Shown: one piece after another, positions 42,801-54,800 of the stretch | Numbering within the stretch: the first letter of the stretch is position 1 | Layout: each line of letters opens with the position of its first letter | Assembly (NCBI GenBank): GCA_034780895.1 | Contig: JAUZTB010000048.1 | Span: forward strand, 3,841,244-3,905,243 | DNA: 64,000 bases | Direction: 5' to 3' | From: Rhynchobatus australiae | Taxonomy: Eukaryota | The notes under the pieces: model-generated | Database searches by the model: none | Told to the model about the DNA's origin: nothing | The model's input: the letters and a program-made list of their open reading frames with translations, nothing else | Made by a program: the position numbers and the translations under genes

Positions 42801-45800
42801 TGATCTTGTGATATCACCTCTGTTGAGGGACAAAGAAGATCCCCCCCATTCAGGGTACATCCTGTTCTCTTGCTGCTGTTAGTGATTCTTTCAAGTGATG
42901 CTCAACATTTTTCATGCCCTTGCATGATTTCATGACACTTTCATGAACTACATTCAGTGTCGAGGATTCCCGAAGCCATTATTTCCTGAGTGTATTCCAC
43001 TCTGTCCATACCATTAGTGAATGTGTCTAGACTAATCTGCCTGATTTGACTATTTAATATTTATTTATTAGTAACATGTACATCGAAACACACAGTGAAA
43101 TGTATCTTTTTGCATTAACAACCAACACAATCTGAGGATGTGCTGGGGTCAGCCAGCCAGAGTTGCCACACTTCTGGCGCCAACATAGTACGCCCACAAC
43201 TTTCTAACCTAAACGTCTGTTGGAATGCGGGAGGAAACCCAGGCAGTCACGGGGAGACTAAGGGATAGCTCTTCCAATTTTGCTAAGTCTGGAGATGTTG
43301 GTGAAGAGGATTGTGCAATAGAGATCGTCATATATCATTGCATAGCTCATATCAGATCCCAGATGTTCCACCCTATCTTATTGTTATTGTACTTTGTCAG
43401 AGAAGTTAGGTCAAACTGAATGGTTTTCTAGACATTTTTAACATCAGTTAAGAGACAACTACACTGCTGTGGATCTGGAGTTATGAATTAACTCATTGTG
43501 AATCTGCTCCTGCTGACTGGAAAAGGAATTTTCTGTCCCTACCAAAGGGGCATTAGAAAACCAGAGAGGATTTAACAATTACCCAGTACTTCCATCGTCA
43601 TTACTATTTTGGGTTTCATTTAATTCATTCGAAATCTTTATTCGCTATGCTGAGATTTAAATTCCTATTTCCTACCCCGGCTCAAAACTTCAGTGTTATA
43701 ACCACAATGCTGCTGTATTCTTATTGTCTAACTCTCCTGTCACCTCATTAATCTGTTCCTCTATGACTCAAATTCCCCCTTGTTTGGCCTTCATTCCCCC
43801 ACTGGCAAACCTCTAAGAATCCACTTCTTTCACTAATGCTCACTATTTCAGGACTCTCATTATCCCTGACCGAAGTTATCATATTAATATTCATCCCCTT
43901 ACCAAGCTATTATTGCACTGTTTTGTAATCTTCCTTTTAACTTTTAGTTTTTCCCTTACCATATAATCTTCTTTTGTAGCAGATGGCTCCTTTCGTAGCC
44001 AGTTGAAAGTATCTTCAACGTTCCATTTCACAGTTTTCCTGATATCTGGTGTAGCATTCCTGGGGAAGCAACAAAAGTGAGCAGGACAAAATGGATCCTC
44101 AGATCGTTACTCACAACAGGCAAAAAGAGTCAAGATCCTTCTCACAGCCTGAAATACACTGACACGAACTGTAAGTATCTATGGTCACTCCAGCCAGGGG
44201 CCCAAAGGAGTCTGGGAAAAATTCCAACAAACCTAAAACAAAAATAATTTATTTTAATCAATGTGTACACCATTAATATGAAAAAAAANNNNNNNNNNNN
44301 NNNNNNNNNNNNNNNNNNNNNNNNNNNNNNNNNNNNNNNNNNNNNNNNNNNNNNNNNNNNNNNNNNNNNNNNNNCAACCTGAACTAGTCCCATTGACCTG
44401 CGTTAGGTCCATATTCCTCTAAACCATTCCCATTCATGTCTTTTAAACACTGTAATTGCACCTGCCTCTACCACTTCCTCTGGCAGCTCGTTCCATGTAC
44501 CCACCATCCTCCGTGAAAAACTTGCCCCTCAGAGCAACTTTAAATCTTTCCCCCTCAATTTAAATCTATGCCCTTTAATTTTAGACTCCTCTACCCTGGG
44601 AAAAAGACAGTGACCATCCACCTTACGTACGTCCTTTGTAGCCATACGCGCAAGTATGGGTCGCTACACCTTCATGATTTTATAAACCTTGATAAGGTCA
44701 CCTCTCAGATTCCTTCGCTCCAGGAAAAAATCCCAGCCCCTCCAGTCCCGGCAACATCCTTGTGAATCTTTTCCGCAGCCTTTCCAGCTTAAATGACATC
44801 CTTCCTATGGCTAGGCAACCAGAACTGCACACAGTACTCCAAGTGTGGTCTCAGCAACATCTTGTACAGTTGTAACACGATATCCCAACTCTTGTGCTCA
44901 ATGTCTGACTAATGAATGCAAAGGCCTTCTTCACCAACCTGTCCATATTTGTTACCACTTTTAGGGAACTATGTATTTGTACCCCTGGATCTTTCTGTTC
45001 TACAACACTCACTAGGGCCTTGCCATTTACATGCAAGTCCTCCCCTGGTTTAACTTAAAATGTAACACTCTGCACTTGTCTGAGTTAAATTCCATCTGCC
45101 ATTCCTTAGCCCACATTCGCAGTTGATCTAGATCCTGTTGTAATCTTGGATACCTTTATCACTGTCTACTATGCTACCAGTTTTCTGTCCATAAACTTAC
45201 TAACCATGCCAACTACATTCTCATACTAATAATTAATATAGACAATGAATAACAATAAACTCAGCACCAATCCCTGCAGCACACTGCTGGTCACAGGTTA
45301 GGACTTTAATTTGCGGATTAGTCCTATCTTTTTCAATAGCTATTTTAAAATTAATAGACTTATGGTCACTGGCTCTAAGGTAATGCTAACAAGTTTTAAA
45401 ATGCTATAAACTAGGATAACTCAGCATGCTCAGATGCCACCCAATCTCCCATCCTAGCATTCACTCTTTCCACTACCAGTGGACCATGTGTATAATGTGT
45501 TTCATCTACAAAATGCACTGCAGCAATTTCCCAAAACTTCTTTGACCAAACTCTCCCAAACCTGTGCTATCTCCCACCTACAGTTAAGGAAAGCAGATGT
45601 GTGGGACTGTTTTCACTTCCAAGTTTCCAAGTCACTAATTATTTTAACCAGGAAATATCCTTCATCGCATCCAAGTCAAAATCCTTGAACTTGTTATTCA
45701 ACAGCACTATGGAAATAACAACATGGACGACGACGACTGTTGAAAAACTTGGTTCAACACTACCATCTCATAGGCAATAAATGCTGGCCTTTCCAGCGAT

Positions 45801-48800
45801 ACCTGTCAATTCATTTTAAAAAAAACAGTAATTTTTATGACTGGCATTTTGAACAGCACAACTTGCCCTGAAATCCTACTGACCACAATATCATCTCAAC
45901 CCTTAAAATGGATCCATCAGATAGAGGTACAGTGCTCCAGGAATATCTTCCTGTCCCTCTACTACTCAACAAAGTGAATGTCCATCTTTCAAGTTTGTGT
46001 TATTTGAAATATGGTCTTCAAATCAATCCTTGCAGTAATTCCCATTCTAGGTATCAAGGAATTGTTTATACATAGTAGGTTGCACATTGCTTTCAATGTG
46101 ATGTTAGAACCATATGGAGTAGCTTGTCCCTGCTTAGTTCAGGTATCGAAAACCAAATAAGTGCAGATGCTGGAAGTCTGACATAAAGGCAGAGATGCTG
46201 GGGCTACACAGCAGGTTAGNNNNNNNNNNNNNNNNNNNNNNNNNNNNNNNNNNNNNNNNNNNNNNNNNNNNNNNNNNNNNNNNNNNNNNNNNNNNNNNNN
46301 NNNNNNNNNNNNNNNNNNNTCCTCCGGGTGCTCCGGTTTCCTCCCACATTCCAAAGACGTATGGGTTAGGAAGTTGTGGGCATGCTATGTTGGCACCGGA
46401 AGCGTGGTAACACATGCCAGCTGCCCCCAGAACACTCAACGCAAAAGATGCATTTCACTGTGTGTTTCGATGTACATGTGACTAATAAAGAAATCTTATC
46501 CTTGCTGGCTATTGCTGACATTCAGGAATGAAAATTAAACTCTTTACTATGTTTCTGTGTGAGGCAGTTTTTTGGGAATAGAACAAGTTAGTTTCCCACA
46601 CAATTTTTCCACAGTAATCTTTCACAGCATCATCCAGCTCAGCTGTTTGAAAATGAAGTGTCCCTGAAATTGGTCATTATAATTGTGTAAATATGTGCAA
46701 ATTGCTGTGTATTGATTGTTTCCTGTATTTAACTATAAGCAGACCACAATGTGGTTGGTACTTTGAAATATATAGCAACTTGCATTTGTATAGCACCTTT
46801 CTGTAACAAAGCATCCCTGGGAGCTTCACAGGTGTGCCATCAAACAAAAATTGATGCTGAGCTGCATCCAGAGATATTGAGACGGGTGCCTCAAGCTTGG
46901 TTGGAGATGTAGGTTTTAAATAGCATCTCAAAGAAGGAAAGAGACTGAAGGATCTGCGGAAATTGCAGGGCTTAGATGTTTGGCAGTAAAAGTCAAGGCA
47001 GCCACTGGTAGAGTGATTGGGGAATGAGCAGAAGGCCAGAAATAGTCATTAGTTACCAAGCCAGTTTCAGTGTTGAGTTCAGTTGCATTAACCCTCCAGG
47101 GATGTAATTATCAGCCCTTTGGTGAGGGCAAACTCTATATCTGAACCATTTCTGCTATAGCATCTTAAACAAAAATATGCAGCTCTGAATCATTTTGGCT
47201 GCTGGATTGACATAACATCTCTCTAACCTCCTGAGTAAAATGATGCTATTCCAGAAAAGGATGGTTAAATAAAGGAAGGAATGGGGAATAAATGATTGTT
47301 TTTTGCCAAAGAGAGCCTGCTATGGAGAAAGCAGAAGACGTGTCGCAAAGAGAATCTTTAAATGAATGTCACAAGTTGGCTCCTGAAAGTAATGCGACTT
47401 TTGATGTATTCCTTTCCTACCTTTGTCAAATTCCTAATTTTTGGGGATTGCAACAAAGACCGCTGGCAGATTTCAGAATCAAACAGTGGCTACTCCCAAT
47501 GATTAGAAGTGGAGGTGGTTTGAAGAATCGTCCTTTTAGCCAGGGTCAGTGCTTGGCATAGGCAGACCAAAGCAGGAAGCAAAATAAAGCAAGTGTCTGC
47601 TACTCTAAAATGATAACCTAATTTGTGGTTTCTTTCAGCCATGCCAGTTTGATTTTGCTGCTTTCTGTCCCAATCTCTTGGATGTCGCACAGAAGAATCA
47701 GAGTCCTGGTAAGCCCAGTGTTCATTAACAATTTCCTTGTAGTGTTTACGTAGAACTTTTATTGGGTGCTTAAAAAGCTCAGTTAGTGAATACATCTGGG
47801 GTTGTATTGAGTTATATAGGTAAAGAACATTGTAAAATATTTTGTAGTATTGGAAAGTGGGGTGCGAGTTGTTAGACTGGTGTGGTGGCACATGAAGTCA
47901 TCTCGCTTTGCGAAAAATTACCATGCATAGTGGCTGGAAATTTCACTTGCCGTGATATCTGATCTGTAAAAGGAACCTGTCCCCATGATTAGTATTTTAG
48001 CTCATAGAGTGATTGGGAGAAATATAAAGCTAAGTGATGCATTCAACAAATTGGAAAAGACTACATTTGCCAATGGAATCTGATCAGTGTTCAGAATTGC
48101 TGGCTAGTTTGAAATACTAAATAGTGAAAGATTTCTAGTGGTGAATATTAAGAGGCAGTTGATTCAGGAACTGTGGCTCAGTTTGAACAATTCCCAGCTG
48201 TTAGGTAAGAAAGGCTTGAGGGTTTGAAGTGCCATTTGTAAAAGTAATTTTATTACAGATTCAAGTAATGTAAGGATTACAAAGGGAAGGCCATCTGAGC
48301 TTTAATGCTGCAGTGGTGCTGAGTGTGGAATGGTGTTGAAATGCTAAGAATTTAGCTTGGACTTATTAGCTTGGGAAACTAACTTTTAAATCCTGGTGTT
48401 AATTTATAGTAACCAGTGCAATCTAGTGATTTGACCCAGTTGATAGCACCTGAGTCAGCATGCAGTCAAGGACACTATCTCCATCAACAGCAGCTTAAGA
48501 CTGAATTTGTATAACTTTTTGGAGATGCCATTTCTGGGAGATTCATTAAGTTCTCTTCTCAAATCTCGGGTGGATGCTAAAATTCCTGCCACTAGAAATG
48601 AACTGCTGTCTGTGGAACGCTGCAAGCTGACCTGTTGCTCCAGGAGGATTTTGATGTATTATTTCTAACTTTAGCACTCTTCATAATATTGAGCAGAAAA
48701 GCTTTACAAGGAGCAAGGTCCAGGTTTGATAGCCATGTTTTTTAATGTTTCAGATCAGAAGCCTTCATCAGAACATCTTTTCCAGTTCTGATGAAAGGTC

Positions 48801-51800
48801 ATTGAACTGAAAACATAACTCTATTTGGAGTTCAATTTTGCAAAGTGTAAGCTCGAAGTCATTACAGTCTGGTTTCATTATACTATTAATGCTTCAGTTC
48901 AAATCTAATCCACCACCTGTATTTCATGCTAGTTTAGAATGTTGTCATGAAGGACAGAGTATACAGCTGTAACAATGCATGGGGTTCACAATTCAGATGT
49001 GCATGATACAAACGTTTTACATAGCAGCCTTGCACTTTGCTGGAGTGTTACTTGAATACCATCTTCATTATTTTAAACATTTCATGCAGAGACACATTGT
49101 GAAGCACATGTGAACATCTACCTGAATACTGCCACTGTGATCATCCCAGGGAGAGCCACTCTTAAAATTGACACTCAGTTACATTTAGTCCAAATACTGA
49201 AACTGGGAACATTGCAGAGAGAATCCATCTGAATATGTACATTTATTGTACTCTTAAAGAGTTTGTCTGAATACTAACACACGGATCATTTAAATGTCTA
49301 TTCATACATTTGAACTGGCAAAATCCCAGAAAGTGTCAGTTGGATTACAGACACAACGAACACCTCAGGGAGACACTGGAAGCATAGTGGGGCTTGTCTA
49401 AATTTTGATAAGAGTAACCATGTCAGGAAAGTATATTTGAATACTGATAGGAAGATCATGACAAGAAAGGTTCTGAGTACTAATAATGGGATTATTCAAA
49501 ACTTTGACTGGATGTGGGAATCTCAGAGAAAGAATTGACTCAAAGTTTTTTTTTGCATGGTACTGGCGTTTTCTGATATTACATAGAATGGAAAGCTAAT
49601 GAGGTTATTAGTCTGAATTGTGCCACTCCAGTGTATCACTTCCTCCCTTTTAAATAACAATTTCATCTTGATGGTCACCAAGTCCTCACCAAGTTTGTAG
49701 TTAAAGAGTACTAGAAAATGTTCAATTAGAGGCTGGATCAGTAGGCCTGACAACTTTTTTCACTTCTAAATATGCTAGGTCTCTTATTACGCCCTCGCTC
49801 TCTCTGTTTATCATTTCCAATATTTCACATTCTTCCTCCTTAATGTCAATGTCTGTATCATTTCCCTCTTCTGTGAAGGTAGTCTAGATATTTTCACTTG
49901 TCAGCATATTACTTAAGGACGTTGACTCATATTTGGGAGTAATATTAAGGAAGAGGACAATATCGCAGAAAGAGTCAGTCCAATTCCTGATATTGTGAAA
50001 TCTCAAAATCTATATATTGATTTTTATAACATACAAGAGAAGGTCTGAATATGAACACAGTGGACATCTCAAAATACACATGAATACTGATGCTGGGAAC
50101 ATCCCAAGGAGCAGCTGCCTAAATATTTTTCCCAGTAAACTAACCTGGATTCAATCATCCGCTTTGCCGACTCCGCATATTTGAAAAGCAATCTTCGGGC
50201 TTCCTCCCTGTACTTAATACGAGACAATCTGCAGAAAAGATCAAAGATTTACATTGATTTCATGGTGCCAATTTCAACATAATGAACCACGTAGCATGAA
50301 CATAAATCACAACAAAGTGCGAGAGCTATATCTTCATAATCATGGAACACTTTTTCCAAACAATTGTCACTGAGAGAGATCCTGCCTTACATTCAAAAGA
50401 AAAATGTGAATGTAAGGCAATATATTCCTGAGTAGAACTGCTAACTGCAGTCAAGTGACTTCAGCGCCTAACTTCTCAAGCAGCCAAGCATTCTGCTTCA
50501 TTAACTAACTTTTATCAATCCTCATTCCTGCTTCTTTCTCAATAAAAGCGTTTCTAAGTCTGGCCTATTTCAATAAAATGCATTCTGTATTCAACATTCC
50601 ATGAATCAACCTCCATCACTGACAGCAGATTTTAACAGGAGAGGCAATTGCTGCAGCCAAGGAAAACCAGTTGTTCAATGGCACAGAAACTTGAGCAGTA
50701 GATAAATCAGATTTCAACCAGGCTTGTGCCACTGTTGCATGCTTCTTTATGGTACAGTGACATCAGCTTTTTTTTAACAAAATATAACTTATAGTGAAAA
50801 TTAGGAAAGAAATTCTCACACTTCTAAAACGACAATCCAACATTCCCAGAAAGGAGTGCTGTTCAGAGACCACAGTCTGAGCAATGGCTGATGACAACTC
50901 AAAAGTCTTCTCTTCATTAATGGATCCCCACTACCCCCAAGCTAAAACTATTTATCTATTTATATTTGTCTAACCCCTGGAGACAAGGGGGTCAAGTTTG
51001 AGAAGAGTAGCTTGTTCTTGCTTGTGCAGGGGTTGCCATGGGATGCTTACGTAAAGGGAATTGTATGGGTGAGAGGGAAAGTATTTGCAGAAGTCTTATA
51101 TGGAATAAGGGGTTCAGTATATGAATCAGCATGCATATGCCTAGTGTCTGTACTATATATACAAAAAATACAATCGCAATACCTGATAGGAATGTCATTC
51201 ATTACTTCTCGAAACATGGAAGGAGACACAACAGGATCACAATCACTGGGCAGCAAAGGATCCTTGCCCTTGTCGATTGCCTTGCGTTCCAAAAGCCAGC
51301 GATTGAATGAGTCACGAGGTGGATCAATCCCTGCCGGAGCAAACAAACTGATGTTAAAAGGTTCTCACAGATGGATGTCCTGTCTGGAGATGAAACATTC
51401 AATTTTCTCACATTCTTGCAGCAGCCACTAGGTACATGTAGTAAATCTTGCTTCAATTTGTCCATTATTTTCTACTACTGAGTATATTGGGCAACATAAT
51501 CACAATTACTCAAATGAAACAGAATGTCATTTAAGTAATGGAAGAACTGAAATTCAAAGGAGAACACGTGCTTTAGAAGTAATATGGTGCACGAAAATAT
51601 CTGGCAAATTTGATCAGTGGTGAACTGGTTGATTTCAGTGTGATTGCCAGCAAGAATATTGAAACCAGCTTCAACTGAAAGGGGCTAGGTTTGTTTTTTC
51701 CCAACTGCTATCCAATCTGCTGTTGGAAAATTCACAATGGATATTGTGTTAGGACCCAAAAGGTTTGGCTATTATGCTTTTCAAGTCAATATTACCACCT

Positions 51801-54800
51801 TGGCTAACAGATAAGGTATGGTCCAAGGAGGGACCTGATCTGCAGCAGGAGTCAGAACCTTGAGAGTAAAATGTGTTCAGAAGAAACAAATTTAGCCACA
51901 GCCTACGTGGTCTTCCCTTACACTATCCTACAAGAACTCTGTACCTGAAATAAGGGGATATGCATTTATATTGCACCTTTCATAGTCAGGACAGAGTTCT
52001 GAACAACCAATGATGCACTTCTGAAACACTGCCAATGTTGCGATATCGAGAAACATGACAACTAATTTGGACATAGCAAGCTCCAATGAAAGACAGGAAT
52101 AAACCACCAGTTTTATTTATTGCCCAAGGTTAATATTGCCCAAGACACTTATTTTATTAGATCTGAGGGGTTCAAAAAGACTGAAAATTGGACTTGTACC
52201 TCCTAAAGTTTGGTACAGTGAAAGGGTATTTGATTGAAACAAAAGGTTCTGAGGGGTATTGCCAGGGTCAGCTTTGAGAAGATCTTCCCTCTTTTGGAAA
52301 ATCTAGAACTAGGAGTCACTGTTTAAAGATAAGGTGTTGCCCATTTAAGTCAGAGATGAAGTGAAATTTCTTCTCGTGGAGAGTCATGAATCTTTAGAAC
52401 TCACCTCCTCAAAGGGCAATGGAAGAACAGTCTTTGAATATTTTTAAGGCAGATGTAGATAGGTTCTTGCTAAGCAGAGGAGATAAAGGTTACCTAAAGC
52501 AGGCAACAAAGTGGAATTGAGGAATAACGAAATCAAGCATGTACTTATCATATGAAGTGACCTCCTCCTGCATCTGATTCATATGTTTGTATGGCAAGTA
52601 GAAAGGGGAACTGAACCTACCTGCTCTGGAATCAAACGCACAGCCTGAAGTATGAAGTGTTTTCTTGTTTACACTTTGTGATTTATATTTGTGCATATCA
52701 AGAGCAGCAGCAAAAGTACACTTCTGCAGCCCAGCCAGCTACAGGGATTACCTTCTCTCTGTTGGCACAGCTCCTGGTAGTGTTGTCTCAGTTTTAATGT
52801 CAGTTGTGCTCGTAGTATTTCCACATCTGGGTGTGGTGGAAGCAGCTCAATCGGAGCACGCTCCTTAATCACCGCATTAGTTGGAATATCAAGGTCCCAA
52901 TAAACACTGCAACACAGAATTGTAACCTGTGATTCACAATTCAAGCTTATATTTAGCTACCTCTAAATAGCAGTCCCTTATTTATAAAGGCAACTCTATT
53001 TCCTAGAAAACATTGTGCAGCATGGTCTTTTCTCACACAATACATTTGAAAATCAATGCTTTTTTTGGGGAAAACTAAAAAAAAATGGTTAATCTCCAGG
53101 ATTTGCACAACTCACAAAATATGATCCAGCTGCTTCCAGTTGTGATTCACCTCAGCACACATTGGTCATTTGACACACAGGATGCATGCAGAATGATGTT
53201 ATTCAATGTGTAATAGAGTATTAGTATTGCCAGGTGAAATTGGGTCATATTTTTCTACTTCAGCAACATTCAGGCACGGTAGTGTAGTGGTTACTGTAAC
53301 ATTATTACAGCACCAGCGACCCGGGTTCAAGTCCGGCCGTTGTCCATAAGGAGATTGTACGTTCTCCCTGTGTCTGCGTGGGTTTCCTCTGGGTGCTCTG
53401 GTTTCCTCCCACATTCCAAAGACGTACGGGCAGGTTAACATGGGTTTAAAATGGGCAGCGCGGACTTGTTGGGCCGGAAGGGCCTGTTACCGTGCTGTAA
53501 ATAAAATTTTTTAAAAATTAATATTGTGTGCACCCTGCCCCCTCTCCTGCACTGTAAGAATGCCTATATTTTGTAAATGGTTCAATGGCATATAGATGTT
53601 GTGAGGTTGTGCTGGGTGCTATATAAATACAAGTTTTTTTTATAGAAAAATAAAACTGAATATCACATATACTGTATTGGGTTAATTAATTGTGGAAAAA
53701 AACCGTAAAAAGCCAAAACAAATAATGTTATGAACTGTGCCACTGTAATTGTCCCTAATGAAACAGCAATAATTAGCACTATTTGCATGATTTAGGATGA
53801 TCCCCATGTAAAGCACAAATGGTCTACCAGGGAGAATTTATTCAAATATCCTTCAACTATATGCCTTGTATTAGAAAAGGCAATTAACATCCGCAAGTAA
53901 TCATTGTAAATATATTGCACTTAAATATCTTCGGCTTATACTGTTCATATTCTGGGTGAATTCCTCTAACTCCTATACATTAGGAGTTTCAGGAATTGTC
54001 CCAGAATTGCCTACTCCTACATGAAAAGGGGTTCAGGGTTACGGGGAGAAGGCAGGAGACTGTGGTTGAAAGAAAAATCAGCCATGGTTGAAGAGTGGAG
54101 CAAACTCGATGGACCAAATGCCCTCATTCTGTTCTATCATCTTATGGTCTTATTAGCTTACACTCCTTGTTTGTCTTTGAAGGCGTGCTTAGATACACAC
54201 AGGACACCAGGAAATAGTACAAAGGCTGTGTCCACAGTTAGATAGTTCCCTGGCTGCAAATGCTGAATATTGAGTTTGCCCTTACAGGTTAGTGATGCTG
54301 AATCTCTGGCACCCTTCCACCAGTCAGATTGGTCTCATGTTCACTGTAAAAGTGTCTGAAGGCTCAGTGGCACACCTAGTAGAGCCACTGCCTCACAGCG
54401 CCAGAGACCTGGGTTCGATCCTGACCTCAGGTGCCGTCCGTGGGGAGTTTGTGTGCTCTCTGTGTGACCGCGTGGCATTCCTCCAGGTGCTCTGGCTTCC
54501 TTCCATGTCCTAAAAACACGTGGATTGGTCGGTTAATTGGCTGCCGTAAATTCCCTCTATTGTGTAGGTGGGTAGNNNNNNNNNNNNNNNNNNNNNNNNN
54601 NNNNNNNNNNNNNNNNNNNNNNNNNNNNNNNNNNNNNNNNNNNNNNNNNNNNNNNNNNNNNNNNNNNNNNNNNNNGGAAGTTGTGGGCGTGCTATGTTGG
54701 CACCAGAAGCGTGGTGACACTTGCGGGCTGCCCCCAGAACACTCTACACAAAAGATGCATTTCAGTGTGTGATTCCATGTACATGTGACTAATAAAGAAA

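Noticed and set aside
51012-51431. 139-aa plus-strand ORF
   Set aside because: Antisense to a PCIF1 exon; no recognisable domain
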